A stretch of 61,079 nt of DNA, the filler included, from Bipalium vagum (lineage: Eukaryota): NCBI GenBank assembly GCA_037834085.1. It is 3 parts of 3 records of this genome, joined end to end, with 100 filler letters (N's around TTAATTAATTAA, not from the genome) between each part and the next. Parts side by side here need not be neighbours in the genome. Positions count along the whole stretch, not along the records: positions 44,580 to 61,079 come from JBBMKC010108191.1; 2 more parts are not named here. The stretch is one strand, 5' to 3'. Made by a program: the position numbers and the translations under genes. Below are positions 54,951-61,079 of the stretch, in pieces. Every line of letters starts with the position of its first letter. Position 1 is the first letter of the stretch. Below the pieces are notes generated by a model. It was not told where the DNA came from, searched no databases, and saw nothing but the letters and a program-made list of their open reading frames with translations.

Positions 54951-57900
54951 CATTAAGTTCATTTTAATGAAGTCCATCATTTATAAAAGTCGTTATTATT
55001 TATTTCTCATGTCTTATTGAAGAAAAATTGTAAAAAAAAATTTAAAAATGATTTCACCAAATAAAAGACAAATATTGCTTTTCCCAGAAAATAAACTCTA
55101 TTCTCTTCGACTCTATTTAAATATTTCTTAACTATTTTAATTCGGAATTGTTTATCTTAAACGAAAAAATTTTCTCAAAAGCTATCTGAATTTTTCAAAT
55201 TTTTCACTGTACCATTCAAACAAAAGACAGAAAAATAAACACTGGTTCTATTATATGAACAAGCATTGCTGTCTTTAAATTAACAGTAGTATACTTTACT
55301 TCTGAATGTCTTCAGCTTCGCGAAGCTATAACTGTTCTTTTATAATAATAATAATAATAATTATTTTTTGTATTTTATCTTTTACGATTACTTTTAAAAT
55401 AAATATTTATCATCAGAAGATCTTACCATACGGGTGTATGAAGAACTCTCATCTGTACCCAAGATATAGTTCAACAATAATATAATCTCACAAATATTGC
55501 ACCATACAATTAACATTAAAACAATTCAATTTATATTATTTCTTTTCGATTTATTTTAAGTAACACTTATTTTTATGATTATTTTCTTATTAAAAAATTT
55601 ATATTTTATAATATTTAAATTTAAATTAAAATATAAAATTACGATATATTATTATTTAAATTAATCCTACCAGTGAAAATTTTTTTAAAAAAACAGGTTA
55701 GGAGCACAGACTTTTAGCAATATAAAACTTTATGAAAAATAATACAAAGTTACTATTTATAGAAAACATATGTTGGAATTATGGTAAATATAAAAATAGT
55801 AACATTAGACTACTATATCAAAATATAATTTTAATAAAAATAATATAATTTAGCAGTTTTTTTTCAAACGGCGAAAATTATAAAGGAAAATGTGACACTA
55901 ATAACGTAAAAGACAAAGGTCATTGAAACCAAAGGAGAAATATTCGACATCCAAAATTTTTTAAGAAAGTCACTGGAGGAACTTAATCAAAGGTTGAAGA
56001 ATAAATATTTAAATGGCAAGTAGAAGACATTAGACAAAGAAGTGAAATGGGTAGTTTGAGTAAAGTTTTATTTGAATCATATTAATTAATTGAATAATTA
56101 ATTGAATTCAATTAGTTTACTCTGTTTACAGATGAATTTATTCAGAAATAATCAATAAATAGAAATTACCGAATCATGTTTTTTCACCCAAATATTTTTA
56201 GTTTTTTTAACCCATCAATTTTTTTAAGAATTGATAAACGTAACAAAACCTTATCAAATCAAAAATATAATCAAACATCAATATCTATTAAATCAAATAT
56301 AGAGTACGTATTATCTTTCAACCAGTTTTGTCTCCACAATCTCTCATGGAGATATGACTCTAAAACCATTCCATTTACTCCTTTCATTTTTTATACTATT
56401 GTTTTCAGACAACTGTAGATTGATTCGACCCTTTACCACGTTTTACTTGTGATTAATTGTCTTGTGTATATATGTTTGCTTTCGGCCAAGTTAGAATAAG
56501 CTTTCCAATCATCATTTATTATTATTGACTGGTTCAGAAGTACAGTATTTATTATAGGTCAGTAAAGTGGAAGCATTTCTATTGTTGACTAGCTTCAAAG
56601 ATATTTTGGCTATATCAGAGTCATCAACTTTACCGAAAATGTATAACTAGTGATCAGGGGCGTGGTCTTTGTGACTTTAGGCCTCAAATTGGATTATTAA
56701 TTAGATAAATATTGAAAAACTACCATAATACCGAAATAATGATTCTTCACTTAAACAAATTGTCAAGACCAATTTGATTTCTATGACACAAAGATCCTGC
56801 AATTATCATGCAACAAAGCTTTAAATTTTCTAACACTTTTAATCTGGTGTCCTCAATAGCAGCTTTTTGAGCTCATTTCATCATCCACATTTATTAGGCT
56901 CATGCTCACGTGAAAGTGAGTCATTTTTTACAACATTGTTTCTTCATTTAATAAGTAACATAAATATTAAGTAAACATAAAACAAAAAAGATAATTTACT
57001 CAAAATATTTTCCATTTTTAATAAAACTTTCAATCATTTTTCAAGAAAGTAATGAATTCCTCCATGCAGCTAATTAAAAAAGATATATACATAAAATGCA
57101 CGAATTTGTTCAGTGGTATTTTAAAAGTTGAAACAACAAATTTCCTCCTAATAGAAATATTGAGTAAGACTTGTTTTCCATAATCTTTACGTATCGCCAG
57201 AAAGTTTTTCAACATTTTGGTCACATGGAGATTCTTTCAGTTTCATACCAGTAACTGTTAGGAGACCATTACTTCTTCAAAAGAAATGATCTCTTTTGGC
57301 GTATCGCTAATCATATATAACATCATGCTTAAGTTCATTTTATTTTGCTTTGATTTCATAAAAAAAACATTCATATAGAGGAAAAACATAATCACTTAAA
57401 AAAGTGCTAAAGGTTAAAATATCTCTTTCAACACGTTATGATCAAATAATTCAACTGGTGTTGTTGTTCCTTATTTCTTTTCTTTTCTGTGCTTCACATC
57501 AAATTAGACGGAGAAACGTTATTTTCAATAATAACCATTTAGACTAAGATTTGAAACGTTGATTTCTTCTCTTCACTTTAATCCTTTTCTTCAATGAAAA
57601 CTGTACATTATAGATTTTAACAAATATTTCCATTTTCTAATAAAGACCGAATTATCTTAGTCAATTATTTAACATTATAATCACTGTTGTTTTATTTGTC
57701 AACTCAATTTAGAAGTTATAATTTTTGTATCGACGCAGTATTCAAATTTAATATAGATTATTTTTAATTTCACTTTAAATATTGATTTTAATATTAATTG
57801 GCTTTTTAAAAGTTTAACCTTCCTCCAAAGGTATAAATCCCTTTGACAAGTATATTCTTTTAAAACTAAGCTCAGTGCATGTCTAACATCTTAAATCATT

Positions 57901-60900
57901 TATGAGAATTTTACATATTTTTAAATTATTTACAAATTTATTTATATTAATTAGTTATTATTGAATTAAAACAATTAAATATTGAAAAAAAAATAATAAA
58001 TTTAATTATTTATGAATACACAGCAGAATAAATTTTAAAATGATGTTCAAAATTTTGCAAAAAATAATAAAATGTTTCCTAACAATTTTTGAAGTTGTTA
58101 AGTGGACGCGAAAACCCGTTAAAGATTTTCAATCAAATTTAACTGAATTATTTTCACAAAATTAAATTAAAATGATTTTCTTTTCTAAATGTCATAAATT
58201 TTAGTACAATAAAGACATAAAATAGCACTTTTGCACATAAAATATTTCAAGTAAACATTTTAATTGATTAAAAAAATATTATTCATCGTAAAATATTATT
58301 TTATTGTTGATTTCTAAAAAGATTTCGAAAAAAAACGAATATTTGTGAATTTAATTTTATAACTGAAGTTACTTATAATTTAAAAGTAATCCGAAAGAAA
58401 AGAATTTTAATAAATTAATTAAGATAATATATATTTTATTTAGCAATTAAAAATATTATAATTATAATATTATGATAATTAAATTAAAACTTTGTTAAGG
58501 GCATAATTTTATTCTGATAATTTTTTTGTGGAATAATAATTGATTGGGAATAATCGATTGTTGGAAAATATAAAAATAAATATAATAAAATTTTTGAAAT
58601 TCGACTCTTGTCAAAGATTATTTTCGACATTTTCCTCTTTCATTTTACAAAATTTTCACGTTTAATACAATTTATTATATGAAGTAATTCCCACAATAAT
58701 AAAGTATTTCAGCTTTAATAAATAAATAAAATATTTAATATATATTGACATTGAAGAAATTTTTTAGTAGTAATAATAATAATAATAATATTACTATTAT
58801 TATTTTTATTATTACTGTGTTTTTCAAAAAAAATTTAAAATGAATTGCAAATAAAGTGTATGTTTGTTAAGAAAAACGGTCACCATTAATTAATAAATTT
58901 CTATTCTATTATTTATTTTTAATCGATTTTTATTAATAACTGAGAATTATTATTTAAAAGGTTTTGCATAGATTAGACTGGTTGGAAATATGTAAAAATA
59001 AATCTATATTATAAAATATGGAATGGCGATTTGTTAAAACCAACGTTTTATAATTTTTATGACTTCATCAAAGATGTTTGGTAGGTGAGATCATTAGTTA
59101 TCATGTCATTAGTAAGAGAATAGATAAGCAATTGCTTTGAAAAACCATTTATGAAACTGTCAAGGTTCTCTTGAAAAAATATAGCAAATTGATAGTACTA
59201 TCAATAGCAGAGAGCGTAATAGCAAAAAACTTTTGCAAGTGTTCGTGAAAAATCAAATAGCTGAATAAAGGCTTTTCAAAATTCACTTTATAGTTAAGAT
59301 AACAATTACAAGGTAAGCACAAGACCGTAATACAAAGGTAACAAGATGCATGGTTGGAATTGTAGGCATTGCAATATTGTAGAAATTTAAGATCGTCTAA
59401 AAGAAGCCATCCTTTCACAAATCTCACCCTTCAGTATATAAAGTTTAAGCCCATTAGATAGAAATAGATTTGAAGCCTAAAAGAATTGGTCGAAATTCAA
59501 AAAACGTTTTCACACCTGAAAGAAAAATAATGGTAAAACTATTTTGATAACATTTTATAAAAGTGTGAAATGAAGTTAATCAATTAAAAATCGTTGTTAC
59601 TTTGAATACGGTTGACTTTATGGATTCGGTGACAGTGGTTTTCAACGGTGCCTTTATTGATGAATACAGAAATTATAAGGAGGGAAATCTGAGTGGAAAC
59701 AACCGAATTGATTATTGGTGCTGAAAAAAGAAATTTAAAATAATTAATTTAAACCTTAATAAAATTTGATAAAAATTTCATAAAGTTACATTTATAATGT
59801 CTGCATACTTCTGGTTACCAATAATAAGCCAGTGTCAGTAATGACACGACTATCTGCAAAGTTCAAAATATTTGGCATGATTAATGATTATTCAGAAAGC
59901 AGAACGCCGACTGAAGGTGGTAATAATTTATGTTTCGGGGTAAATTATTAAATTAGACAATATTATTAATATTAAGAAAAAATATACACTCGTTTTAAGA
60001 GAAAACAGCCAGTCGTTAAAAGGTATAAAGAGATATAAGCAGTCGTTAAGATCCTTTTAGAGCTTTTCTTTATTTCAGAGATAGTGAAAAGTATGGCATT
60101 AAAGTATTGTGACCTGAAACCCTTAGTTTTGTAAGCCCAAATATTTATGAAGATCAAAGATATATCATGTCATACCTATCGTTGTCTGTATCCAGTACGT
60201 GTAAGTTGCAGCTGAGAACCTTTTGTCGCCCAGTCGGTAACATTATTTGTAGGTTACCTTAGTAATATTATATATTGTCAAAAATTATATTTTTCATTTT
60301 AATTTACTTATTGTATTTATATATAAAGGGTACATGGTTGCCAAATTGAGAAAATCATTAACAAACTTTCTTTTCAGTAATTAATGTCTCCGAAAATATT
60401 TAATTTCATCCATAATATTCAGTCAGACAAAATAGACAAAAAATCCGTTAAATGTGCTCTCGTTTGTCTGAGGAAGAGATTTACTTGAATCGACTTCAGT
60501 AACAATATTTTATATATATATATTATTTTAAGATTTCGAGAAGAGCAATTATATTTCACTACTCCACCATTCATATAATGTTATTAATTCCATAAAATGG
60601 GAAATAATTGCACTGGGATTATACAAATGTCAGCAAAATTTATATTTGGAAATGTTGGCCTAAAAATAATATCTTCCAATGAATGATGTAGTGGGCCCAA
60701 TTTGCGAAGCTGTGTCAGATATATATTGAACCATTTTATGACCCGTGCTTTTGTTTTAATGTATTAACAATTTTATCTGTATTATTTCTTAAGAATAAAT
60801 TTATTCATAAATTTTTAAAAGTTTTAATAACGCTCATTAATAAAAAAAATTAGCAATAATTTATTAAAAAAAACATTGGTGAAATTAAAACTATCAAATT

Positions 60901-61079
60901 AATGATGGCAATAATTATAATCACAAAGTGGACTTTAAAATCCCATTTGGGAAATAGATTTTTATTTTTCAAAATAGCCCAAAAATTTTAAAAACAAAAA
61001 ATATTTCAATATCATATAAAATGTAGTTTTTCCGATTAGAAGACGATCTATTATGAATTTGTGCCACATCCATAATAAT

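Noticed and set aside
55427-55515. Signal-peptide-like minus-strand exon MLIVWCNICEIILLLNYILGTDESSSYTRM|GTAAG
   Set aside because: No convincing downstream exon found; too short to support.
56100-57440. Possible decayed DNA transposon coding sequence
   Set aside because: No diagnostic motif or termini identified.
59149-60260. Hydrophobic minus-strand ORFs suggesting a membrane protein
   Set aside because: No recognisable family motif, and AT-rich sequence yields hydrophobic ORFs by chance.

Overview
Very AT-rich animal genomic DNA dominated by transposons. Composition, (TAA)n tracts and element types suggest a planarian such as Schmidtea or Dugesia (inference). Two artificial 100-bp N/TTAATTAATTAA/N spacers join three contigs. 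Clear host genes are an intronless actin with CArG boxes (minus strand, 23178-24305) and the last exon of CFAP58 (minus, 42590-42850); several orphan exon candidates are weaker. The main observation is a nested parasite system. A tiny non-autonomous LTR element (TRIM) has ~115-bp LTRs that each contain a tRNA-Ala-like sequence, plus PBS, PPT and 5-bp TSD. It is hit twice in this window, at the same position just before the B-box GTTC, by NeSL/R5-like RLE non-LTR retrotransposons. One is a near full-length copy with Ulp1-like protease motifs (6864-11840); the other is a 5'-truncated, diverged copy inside a solo LTR (39469-40200). The rest includes an internally deleted pogo/Tc2-like element, a Tc1, several mariners (one nested), a hAT MITE, a Merlin fragment, gypsy fragments and LTRs, and a small RING ORF.
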